NCBI GenBank assembly: GCA_050633305.1
Contig: JBOEGF010000043.1
Coordinates: forward strand, 254,725-318,724
Length of the DNA stretch: 64,000 bases
Direction of reading: 5' to 3'
Origin: Nannocystales bacterium
GTDB lineage: Bacteria; Myxococcota_A; Polyangia; Nannocystales; Nannocystaceae
Shown: positions 9,792-17,717 of the stretch, piece after piece
How the letters are laid out: each line of letters starts with the position of its first letter
Numbering within the stretch: position 1 is the first letter of the stretch
Program-made: the position numbers and the translations under genes
Notes under the pieces: generated by a model
Told to the model about the DNA's origin: nothing
The model's input: only the letters and a program-made list of their open reading frames with translations
The model's database searches: none

Positions 9792-10894
9792 GCATGAAAG
9801 TGTTGCTGGTCGACTCGGACCTCGCGCTGCTTCGCACGATGCGTGGTGCCGCCGCGGCGGAAGGCGGGACCATCGAGCTGCTGACCGCGCAGACCTGGGA
9901 TGCCGCGTTGGAGCTGCTCACGATCGTCGAGCCCGCGTTGGTGGTGGGTGCCGTCGAGCGGACGACCGCGCCTGAGTTGTCCTCGCTCGTTCAGCTGCAG
10001 CGGCGGGGGCTCGCCGTGGCGGCGTTCGGACCCGACGTGCCCGAGTTGGTCCGGGTCGCGGCTGCCGCAGGCGTGGCGGAGTACATCTGCAAGCCGATCA
10101 GCAGCGCCGCGTTTTTTGTTCGACTCCAGCGACTGATCCGGGCTGCGGCCACAAGCAGCAAGGCTGGACTCACCGGGTTTGCGCTGGCGGACCTGCTTCA
10201 GCTGGTGTCGATGTCCCGCCAGAACATGACGCTGCGAGTTCGTAGCGGCGACAAAGCGGGCGAACTCGTCGTGGCTGAGGGGATGCTCGTGCATGCCGAG
10301 GCTGGGGAGCAACGCGGACTCGAAGCTGCGGTCGCGGTACTCGATTGGCCCAACAGTGAAGTGTCCTCCAGTCCCGAGGTCCCCGCGAAGGCATCGTGGA
10401 CGACGGACGTTCCCTTGATGGAGCTCCTCGTCGATGCCGCTCGGCTGCGGGACGAGAAGCACCGGGACGATGCGAACCGCCAAGTTGAGCAGCTCGTGTC
10501 CGAAGCCCTCGAGCTTCCCGGTGTGGTTGCCGCGGCGCTCATTCATGTGGCCTCGCGGACCGAGGTCCACGGGGATGGTGCGGTCGGCAACGGTCGGACC
10601 CTCGGTCTGGGTTTGGTTCTCGACGCGCTCGCGCTTGGAGACGAGCGGGGGCAGGGGGAGCAGCCGCTGGAGATCCAGTTTTCGCTGGGCTCGTGCGACG
10701 TGCTCGGTTGTGCGGTTGGCGCGACCGGTGTGGTGATGGTGGTCTGGACCGATGCCGGGGAGCTTCGCTCGGGCACCCAGCTTGCGCTGCGACGAGCGCG
10801 CGAGCGCGACGCCGAACAAACGGCGACAGCATTTTCGACGGTGGGGATCGACCTCGTCGACCACGACGTCGACGACGACTTCCGGTTGGAATAG
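9788..10894 (+). CDS. Atypical receiver domain + DUF4388 (PATAN-like) + C-terminal Roadblock-like domain
   Basis: KVLLVDSD and EYICKP receiver motifs, but PALVVGA at the phospho-Asp position. LADLLQLVSMSRQ..TL.V....G.L....G..VHA...G..A...L.W is the DUF4388 pattern; LPGVVAAALI starts the last domain. Confidence 0.8.
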   Translation: MSMKVLLVDSDLALLRTMRGAAAAEGGTIELLTAQTWDAALELLTIVEPALVVGAVERTTAPELSSLVQLQRRGLAVAAFGPDVPELVRVAAAAGVAEYICKPISSAAFFVRLQRLIRAAATSSKAGLTGFALADLLQLVSMSRQNMTLRVRSGDKAGELVVAEGMLVHAEAGEQRGLEAAVAVLDWPNSEVSSSPEVPAKASWTTDVPLMELLVDAARLRDEKHRDDANRQVEQLVSEALELPGVVAAALIHVASRTEVHGDGAVGNGRTLGLGLVLDALALGDERGQGEQPLEIQFSLGSCDVLGCAVGATGVVMVVWTDAGELRSGTQLALRRARERDAEQTATAFSTVGIDLVDHDVDDDFRLE

Positions 10895-11141
10895 ACGCCC
10901 GCGTTCGCCGCGGGCGGCCCGCTGGCCGTCCCGCGGGAGCCCAGGAGCCCAGGAAAGGGGCCCGCGGGACCCCGGAAGCCGTGGTTACGGCCGAGGGCAA
11001 CCCCGGGTGGGGGCCGCACGGTGGGACTGCACAAATGGGGCCCCTGCCAGAGCGCGCTCGCGGGGTCCAGTTTTTTGGCGGGCACGGTCCAGATGCGTAG
11101 CTTGGCCGCGGGAAGCGTCCGCTCGGCGATCCCTCGGTCCC

Positions 11142-11444
11142 ATGCATTGGCTCAATCGCATTCTGCTCGCATTGTTGGTGGCCGGCGTCGTGGCAATCGC
11201 TCCGCGGCAGTTTGAGGCAGCGTCCGACAACGACGACCTGACGAGGGTCTCCGAAGAGAAAGCGGGGTTGCTGGAAACCAATACGGTGCTCGCCGGAGAG
11301 ATCGAACTGTTGCGGGCGGAAATCTCGGCGCTCAAGGGAGACAAGGCAGAGGTGGCTCGCATCGCGCGAGAGGACCTGAACCTGGTGCTCCCCGGCGAGG
11401 TCGTCTTCGAGGTCGACTACAGCAAGCTGGAGGACTCGAAATGA
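11142..11444 (+). CDS. ftsB: FtsB/DivIC-like septum formation initiator
   Basis: N-terminal transmembrane helix, coiled coil, IAREDLNLVLPGEVVF signature; start at MHWLNR. Confidence 0.75.
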   Translation: MHWLNRILLALLVAGVVAIAPRQFEAASDNDDLTRVSEEKAGLLETNTVLAGEIELLRAEISALKGDKAEVARIAREDLNLVLPGEVVFEVDYSKLEDSK

Positions 11445-13627
11445 GCGCGTTCGCCCGAAGCCTCTATGGACTCCGACGCCAGGTCAGCGGCCGTTGGCCG
11501 GTGCTCGTCTTGTTGCTCGTGTGGCCCATGTTGTGGACCGGTGCGCTCAGCGGTGCGGCGTTGTGGCAGGCCCGGCTTCCGCAGGTGTCGGCGGTCGCGC
11601 TGCTGACCGTCGCGCTCGTCTGGTCCGTGCTGCGCGAAGTCTCGGGGCCCCGCGCGAGCGCGGAGCGGTCCGCAGCCGCCGAGCTGGAGTTGGGCATGCT
11701 TCTTGTGACGGGCGTCTTTGTGCTGCTCGCTGCGACCGGGGGCGCACGCTCCTTCCTCTACCCGTTGGCGTACGCGGTCGTCTCGTTTCTCCTCGTCGTT
11801 CACCGACACCGCGTCGTTGCGATCGGCCTGTTGCTCTCGACCGTCGTCTTGGAACTCGCGCTGGGTTTCAACGCTGGGTTCGAGGGCGCCTGGACGCTCA
11901 CCGCGTACCACCTCACCTTCCTCGGGTTCTTCGCTGCCGGCAACATGCTGGTGCTCTCGTCCCTGGTCCGTCGTCTGCGAAAGACGCATGTGACCGAGGT
12001 CGAAGCATCCCTGGAGCAGATGCGACAAGAGGCGCGAGACTTCCGCTTGATCGGGTCCTCGCTGCCCCCCGAGAGCCGGGCTCGCTCGCGCGAGGAAGAA
12101 GAACTCCGGATGGCCCATGCCGCGGTCGAGGGCATCCACGAGCAGCTGTTTCATACGCTCGAGCTTCTGCGCACCTCGATGCGGCTGCGCTCGTGTGTCC
12201 TGCTGTGGTGCGAGCAAAACGGGGGCGGCAAGATCAGCGCCCGAAATCCGCCGACCCTCGTCGTCAAAGAAATCGCCACGCAGAGCGAGTACGCCGCCGA
12301 AGAGCGGGTGCTGTCCGGGCCAGGCCTGCTGACCTCACTGATCGCCGACCCCAAAGAAGTTCGCCTTCACACCCTCAAGGGAAAGCGGCTCCCGCCGTAC
12401 TATCAGGGGCCCGAGCCGGTCACGGACCTGTGCGCCGTGCCGCTGCTCGACGGCGCGAGCCTGCGCGGGATCTTGTGCGCCGACCGGATCGATGACCAAC
12501 CGTTCTCGGATGAGGATGCCGCGGTGCTCAACCGTGCTGCGAACCACATCCGTCGCGTCATCGAGCACGAGCGCGTGTTTGCGGCCGTCGAACGCAGCAA
12601 GTACGAGCAAGAGCAGTTCTACCGAGCTTCGGAGATGCTCTCCGAGGCGCTGACGCTCGAGCAGGTCTGCGAGAAGACGTTCTGCGCGATTCGGACGATC
12701 GCCGGCTACGACCTTGGGGTGATCAGCGTGGTCGGTCCCGGGGGAGAACACGATGCGCTGGCCGTCGATGCCAGCGAGCAAGAGGGCGAGTGGGCGTCTC
12801 TGGCGAGCGAACTGCAGGGCCATCGGTGGTCCAACACGCGCTCGTTGGTCTCGATGGCGGTCAAGAATCGTCACACCATGCCCGCGACGGGTGACCTCGC
12901 GGACCCCGATGCTCCGGTGTTCGGAGAGGGTGTTCGCCTGCCCAACGCGAAGAGCATCATCGTGCTGCCGCTGCTTCGCGGGGAGCAGGTACTGGGCGCC
13001 ATCACATTGCTCGCCAAGCGCGGGGCGGTGTTCCCCACGGCGACTCGGGAGATGCTGCGGGTCATCGGCCACCATGTTGCGGTGAGCCTGCAGAACGCTC
13101 GGATGTACCAGTCGATGGAGACTCGGGCGACGACGGACGGCCTCACCGGGCTGACCAACCACCGCGCGTTTCAGGAGCGGCTCGCTCAACTTCACGATCT
13201 GGCCGAGCGTACCGGCCAGAAGTACTCGGTCGTGCTCACCGACATCGATCACTTCAAGAGCATCAACGACACGTATGGACACCCCGTTGGGGACCAGGTC
13301 CTCAAGCGTGTTTCGTCGATCTTCACGGGTCGAGCGCGCAAGGTCGACACCGTGGCTCGCTACGGTGGCGAGGAGTTCGTGCTCGTGCTGCCCGACACGG
13401 ATGGCAAGAGCGCGGAGCAACTCGCCAACAAGCTGCGTGAAGAGATCGGCGAACAGGTGATGACCAGCGAGCACGGCACGTTCAAGATCACGATCTCGAT
13501 GGGTGTTGCCGAGTTCCCGCTCGACGGCAAGGAGCGCCTGGGATTGATCGAGAAGGCCGATCAGGCGCTGTACTACTGCAAAGAGCACGGTCGAAACTGC
13601 GTGCGTCGCTGGGCCGACGGAGCCTGA
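11441..13627 (+). CDS. Membrane-bound diguanylate cyclase (TM-GAF-GAF-GGDEF)
   Basis: About 6 TM helices, two GAF-like regions, TDGLTGL.N, DIDHFK.INDTYGH, RKVD I-site (RxxD), RYGGEEF. Confidence 0.93.
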   Translation: MSAFARSLYGLRRQVSGRWPVLVLLLVWPMLWTGALSGAALWQARLPQVSAVALLTVALVWSVLREVSGPRASAERSAAAELELGMLLVTGVFVLLAATGGARSFLYPLAYAVVSFLLVVHRHRVVAIGLLLSTVVLELALGFNAGFEGAWTLTAYHLTFLGFFAAGNMLVLSSLVRRLRKTHVTEVEASLEQMRQEARDFRLIGSSLPPESRARSREEEELRMAHAAVEGIHEQLFHTLELLRTSMRLRSCVLLWCEQNGGGKISARNPPTLVVKEIATQSEYAAEERVLSGPGLLTSLIADPKEVRLHTLKGKRLPPYYQGPEPVTDLCAVPLLDGASLRGILCADRIDDQPFSDEDAAVLNRAANHIRRVIEHERVFAAVERSKYEQEQFYRASEMLSEALTLEQVCEKTFCAIRTIAGYDLGVISVVGPGGEHDALAVDASEQEGEWASLASELQGHRWSNTRSLVSMAVKNRHTMPATGDLADPDAPVFGEGVRLPNAKSIIVLPLLRGEQVLGAITLLAKRGAVFPTATREMLRVIGHHVAVSLQNARMYQSMETRATTDGLTGLTNHRAFQERLAQLHDLAERTGQKYSVVLTDIDHFKSINDTYGHPVGDQVLKRVSSIFTGRARKVDTVARYGGEEFVLVLPDTDGKSAEQLANKLREEIGEQVMTSEHGTFKITISMGVAEFPLDGKERLGLIEKADQALYYCKEHGRNCVRRWADGA

Positions 13628-13639
13628 TACGATCCGCGC

Positions 13640-14065
13640 GTGTCTCCGCTCGCAGGCGCAGCTGGGGTGGCGCTGACCGTTGTTGTCGCTCGCCCGAACC
13701 CCGCCCCCTCAGGGGACGTGCAGGCGACGGCATTGCCCGCCGTTGCCCCGGGCGACACGGGGGAGTTGTCCGCGACGATCCTCGAGACACCACAGCCAGG
13801 CGTGCCGATCGAGCTTCGACTGCGCGCTGGAGCGGTCCGGGTGACCGAGAATCGTCTCGGCTGGTCGAGCGTCGTCGATCCTCAGGCGCAACGGCCTCGG
13901 CTGAGGACCCGCTTCGTCGCTCCGAACGATCCGGGAACCTACAGCATCGACGGCGTCTTGCGATATGTGACCTGCGAAGACGATGGCTTGTGCCTGCCGC
14001 ACGCCGCGGCCATACAGTGGACGCTGGTCGTGGTCGAACCGACGGTGCCCGTCGACGAAGGTTGA
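13640..14065 (+). CDS. Exported protein with DsbD N-terminal-like Ig domain
   Basis: Hydrophobic N-terminus; LRYVTCEDDGLCLP resembles the Y..C....C.P motif of DsbD-N. Confidence 0.55.
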   Translation: MSPLAGAAGVALTVVVARPNPAPSGDVQATALPAVAPGDTGELSATILETPQPGVPIELRLRAGAVRVTENRLGWSSVVDPQAQRPRLRTRFVAPNDPGTYSIDGVLRYVTCEDDGLCLPHAAAIQWTLVVVEPTVPVDEG

Positions 14066-14189
14066 GCCCCTCGGACGGCCCACCACGCCGGGGAGGGCAG
14101 AAACCGACGGCCTGCCGATGGCCTGCTCGGCAGGCCGAACCCCGGTTGCTCCCAGGGCCCCGGACGCGCTGCGGTCGACCGCGTGCAGC

Positions 14190-15263
14190 TCAACTCTCGC
14201 GCTTGGGCTCGCGCAGCAGTCGTTCGCGCACGCGCTGGTACTGGCGGCGCTTGTAGTTGCTGTGCGAGCTCTCGCCCTCTTCGTTGGCATCGCGACGGGC
14301 GAGGTCGACGACCTGAAACTCCGCGAGCACGAACACGACGTTGCCTTTGCCTTCGGGCAGTTCGTCGTAGAGGTCGTCCATTCGCACCGGGAGGTCGGCC
14401 ACGAAGTTGAGGATCTGGTAGCCGCGCCCCGAGAACTCGTTGGCGAGGCCGGTCAGGGGGACCGTCGGAAGCGCGGAAAAATCTCGGGCCCGGCTGACTT
14501 TGCGCTCGATGGAGACCGCGTCGACCAGGGTGTTGACCGTCTGGGCGGGCACGACGAAGTTGAACGGAATGAACCGCTGCAGCATCACGTGCAGGGTTGG
14601 GATGATGTCGCGGGGGCGGTCGACGACCACCCGGAACCGGAGTCGGTCGAAAACCCGCGCAGCACTGGACTCCCGCTTCACCAGGAGTTTGGTGATCAGC
14701 GAATCCTGGGTCTTTCGTGACCACGCGAACTCCTTGACCGGAACGCCCGCGGAGACCAACTCGTCAAACAGCGTGACGACGCTCTGCTCGACGTGGGCGT
14801 ACAGCGCGTTGTCTGCGATGGGCAGCAACAGACGAAGCTCGCGCGCATCGAGGTGATAGATGATGTGCATCACCTTCAACAGCGTGCACGCCTCGCGGCG
14901 ATGTTTGCCGCGAGTCGAGGCCATGAGGAAGACTTCCTCGATGGTGGCTTCGATGCCGACAGCCTCGCTCAGTCGCAGACCGAGTGTCTCGCGGATGTAG
15001 GTCAGCGACCGGGCGCGGACGTCCTCGGCGCGCTCGCGGTCGGCGGGAACGCTGGGGTCGATGCCATTGACCTTGAGGAGGCGCGTGACATCGCCTTCAT
15101 CCCGCAGGCCGAGACGGTGCCAATCGATGACCGAGTCTCCGCGCAGCAGCAGCCGGATTTCGTGGACCTCCTGCAGGGAGAGACGGGCCAAGGCGGAGGC
15201 GAAGGGCTGCGTCGGTCCGGGAAGGAAGACGCGAGGTTCTGCCGGTGGTGGGCGCTCTGCCAT
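14190..15263 (-). CDS. TIGR04552-like myxobacterial protein, RelA/SpoT-like nucleotidyltransferase fold
   Basis: GDSVIDWHRL, RKTQDSLITKLLVK, DRLRFRVV, EFQVVD, SSHSNYK. Confidence 0.75.
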   Translation of the reverse strand: MAERPPPAEPRVFLPGPTQPFASALARLSLQEVHEIRLLLRGDSVIDWHRLGLRDEGDVTRLLKVNGIDPSVPADRERAEDVRARSLTYIRETLGLRLSEAVGIEATIEEVFLMASTRGKHRREACTLLKVMHIIYHLDARELRLLLPIADNALYAHVEQSVVTLFDELVSAGVPVKEFAWSRKTQDSLITKLLVKRESSAARVFDRLRFRVVVDRPRDIIPTLHVMLQRFIPFNFVVPAQTVNTLVDAVSIERKVSRARDFSALPTVPLTGLANEFSGRGYQILNFVADLPVRMDDLYDELPEGKGNVVFVLAEFQVVDLARRDANEEGESSHSNYKRRQYQRVRERLLREPKRES

Positions 15264-15446
15264 CGGGGCGGCGAACTCTTACCACGAGGGATTCGCGACC
15301 CGGGGTGCGGCGGGCAACCGTTCGTCCGAAGCATGCGCGGTGCTCGGCGCGGATCGTAGCCGCGGAGGCGGCCAGCGGGAATTATATGGATCCTCAGCCG
15401 GCGGGTTGATCCCGCAGCCGGAGGAAGACGCTCGTGGGATTGCCCG

Positions 15447-15539
15447 CTAGCTCAGACCCCGCGTGAAGCGGAGCGTGCCGACGAGGAGTCCGACGGTGAT
15501 GAGCGCGGCGCAGAGGTTTCCGAGGTAGATGGCGGTCAT
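15447..15539 (-). CDS. Putative 30-aa membrane micropeptide
   Basis: MTAIYLGNLCAALITVGLLVGTLRFTRGLS*; nearly all codons end in G/C; one TM-length hydrophobic stretch with a basic C-tail. Below the ORF-track cutoff. Confidence 0.55.
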   Translation of the reverse strand: MTAIYLGNLCAALITVGLLVGTLRFTRGLS

Positions 15540-15797
15540 GGGCTCTTGGGGCGGGTCGTGGGTGAATGGCAGCGCCGACAGAAGTGTAGGTGCTGCGCTG
15601 ACAGGACACTACCTGTCGGATGTATGGATTCACCAGAAACCCGCAAGGGCGAGGGGACATCCCAGAGACGCGAGCGGGTGCCTACCACATTCCGAAAGCC
15701 GAAGGGAAGGGCCCCGGCCGGCTTCCGCGGGATAGGCGCTCTCGCGAAAAAAGCACCGTGCGGGCCGGCCCTGGCCGGACTACGGTTGCGCCGGGTC

Positions 15798-16193
15798 ATG
15801 AACGACGAAGAAGACCGCGAAGACCGCAATCGCTTCAAGCGGTTCGGCGACCAGCTCTCAGGTTTCCTCGACCCCGAGTCTGCGTTGCGGCGTGGTCAGG
15901 GCCTGGTCAGCGGAGTGACCTCCACGACGAAGAACGAGATCACGCGCATCGTTGGCGCGGAGGTCCGGAACTTCCTCGACAAGATGGATATCGCCGACCT
16001 CGCCCAGCAGATCGTGGCGGGTCTGCAGGTCGACGTACAGATGACCGTGAAGTTCTCGCGGGACGAGAACGGCCGCACCCAGCCGGAGATCACGAAGAGC
16101 GAGGCAAACGTGAAGACGTCGGGCGAGGACGAGGATGCCGACGGAGGGTCGGAGCCCGACCCCGCGGACCCCGCAGACGCGCCCGAAGCCTAG
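15798..16193 (+). CDS. Hypothetical protein
   Basis: Start at MNDEEDRED; strong codon bias, acidic tail. Confidence 0.75.
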   Translation: MNDEEDREDRNRFKRFGDQLSGFLDPESALRRGQGLVSGVTSTTKNEITRIVGAEVRNFLDKMDIADLAQQIVAGLQVDVQMTVKFSRDENGRTQPEITKSEANVKTSGEDEDADGGSEPDPADPADAPEA

Positions 16194-16194
16194 G

Positions 16195-16455
16195 CTAGGC
16201 GGCGCTTTCGGAGCCAGCGTTCGCCAGGTCGCCCGCCCCCTGCTCAGGGGTCGCGTCGCCGTCGGGCTCGGCATCGGGCTCGTCGGGGTCAGGGCCGTCG
16301 GTCATGCCCGTGGGGTAGCCGCTGTCTTCCTCGGCCTCCTTCTTCTCATCGGGCTTCTTGGCCAGACCGACCTTTTCAGCAACGAAACGGCCGAGCTCGG
16401 CTCCGATTTTGTAGCCGAAGCCGGTCACGATGGCGCGTAGCAAGAGGGCAGGCAT
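16195..16455 (-). CDS. Small hypothetical protein
   Basis: 86 aa with an amphipathic N-terminus and acidic tail; convergent with the previous gene. Confidence 0.65.
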   Translation of the reverse strand: MPALLLRAIVTGFGYKIGAELGRFVAEKVGLAKKPDEKKEAEEDSGYPTGMTDGPDPDEPDAEPDGDATPEQGAGDLANAGSESAA

Positions 16456-16653
16456 GAACCCGTCAACTCTGACACGGATGGAGCCTCAGGCTCGCATCGA
16501 GTGTGATTCGACGGGCTGAGGGGATGAGCACGGGACACCCGCACACACTTTATGCGTGTTTCTTGGACAAATCGTCAGTCTGAGAGATCTCATCAGCGGG
16601 TGCCGAGGTCTCGGCGCCAATCGCCCGAATCGTCACGAGATCGCTCGCAACGC

Positions 16654-16690
16654 TTGACGTCGATCTCGTTTTTCAGTACACACGTTCAGT
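16654..16690 (+). promoter_or_regulatory. Sigma70-type promoter of lexA with overlapping LexA (SOS) box
   Basis: TTGACG(16654)-17 bp-TACACA(16677). CAGTACACACGTTCAGT (16674-16690) matches the M. xanthus consensus CTRHAMRYBYGTTCAGS (as recalled) at 14 of 17 positions. Confidence 0.7.
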
Positions 16691-16700
16691 AGGAAGGCGC

Positions 16701-17411
16701 ATGATGCGCGGCTCCACCTTGTCCAGCACCTCGACCCCGACCCTCACCTCCGGAGATCGCTCAATGCGGCCCATGCTCACCGACCGTCAGCGCCAAGCGC
16801 TCGACTACATCGCCGAGTGTCTCGATGTCCGAGGATACCCACCCACCCTTCGCGAGATCGGTGAACACATGGGCATCCGTTCAACCAACGGCGTCAACGA
16901 CCACCTCAAGGCACTTGAGCGCAAAGGTTACCTCCTTCGCGAGGAACTCAAGAGCCGAGCGCTCCGCCCGATCGACTACGGCAGCAGCGCCAACAAGGAG
17001 AAGCGCGACGACTCGCTCGAGATCAACATCATCGGTCGCGTGGCCGCTGGTGAGCCGATCCTCGCCGAGGAGAACGTCGTCGACAAGGTGGTCGTCGATC
17101 GCCAGTTCCTTGGCGCCGTCGCGCAGCGTGAGGTCTTCGGCCTTGTCGTGCGTGGCGAGTCGATGATCGAAGACGGCATCTTCGACGGGGACTACATCTT
17201 CGTCCGTAAGCAGAGCACCGCCGAGACCGGCGAGATCGTCGTCGTGATGGTCGAGGGCGAGGCCACCTGCAAGCGGTTCTACCCCGAAGGTGACCGCGTT
17301 CGTCTGCAGCCCGCCAACGAGACGATGTCTCCGATCTACGTCGACCGCACCGAGTTCCGCGCCGTCGACATCCTCGGCAAGGTCTGCGGCGTCTATCGCC
17401 GCGTGCACTAG
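16701..17411 (+). CDS. lexA: SOS repressor LexA
   Basis: [27 protein letters not shown] cleavage site, V.GESM catalytic Ser, TCKR Lys. Alternative start at 16764. Confidence 0.97.
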   Translation: MMRGSTLSSTSTPTLTSGDRSMRPMLTDRQRQALDYIAECLDVRGYPPTLREIGEHMGIRSTNGVNDHLKALERKGYLLREELKSRALRPIDYGSSANKEKRDDSLEINIIGRVAAGEPILAEENVVDKVVVDRQFLGAVAQREVFGLVVRGESMIEDGIFDGDYIFVRKQSTAETGEIVVVMVEGEATCKRFYPEGDRVRLQPANETMSPIYVDRTEFRAVDILGKVCGVYRRVH

Positions 17412-17418
17412 GTTTGCC

Positions 17419-17447
17419 CGTAGGGGTCTTTCGGCAAGACCCCTACG
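17419..17447 (+). terminator. Hairpin after lexA, probable terminator
   Basis: cgtaggggtctt-tcggc-aagacccctacg, a 12-bp perfect stem; no U-tract. Confidence 0.6.
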
Positions 17448-17717
17448 CCCGCTCCGGCGGAGCCCAAGCGGACGCCCTCCTGGGCTCCTGGGCCCTTCGT
17501 CCCTCCTGGCCTAGGACGGTCCGGGTTGCGCTGCTTGCAGCGCGTCGCCCGCTGGGCATTGCATTCTGGCGAGTTCGCCACGTTGGTGAGAGGCACAACC
17601 CTCTTTTCTGGCGTGGCGATTCGCTGTTAACGGCCCTGGTCACGGTTCGCGCGCACTGGACACCTGGGGCGACCCGGAGCGCGGGCGGGCGGGGAGCACA
17701 TCCGGTACATTGGAGTC

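Noticed and set aside
15596..15740. Hairpins (gacagg-acacta-cctgtc, ccc-gcaa-ggg) suggesting a c-di-GMP riboswitch
   Set aside because: I could not match the GEMM consensus (GGCAAA...GAAA...GACGCAAAGC). cmscan would be needed to decide.
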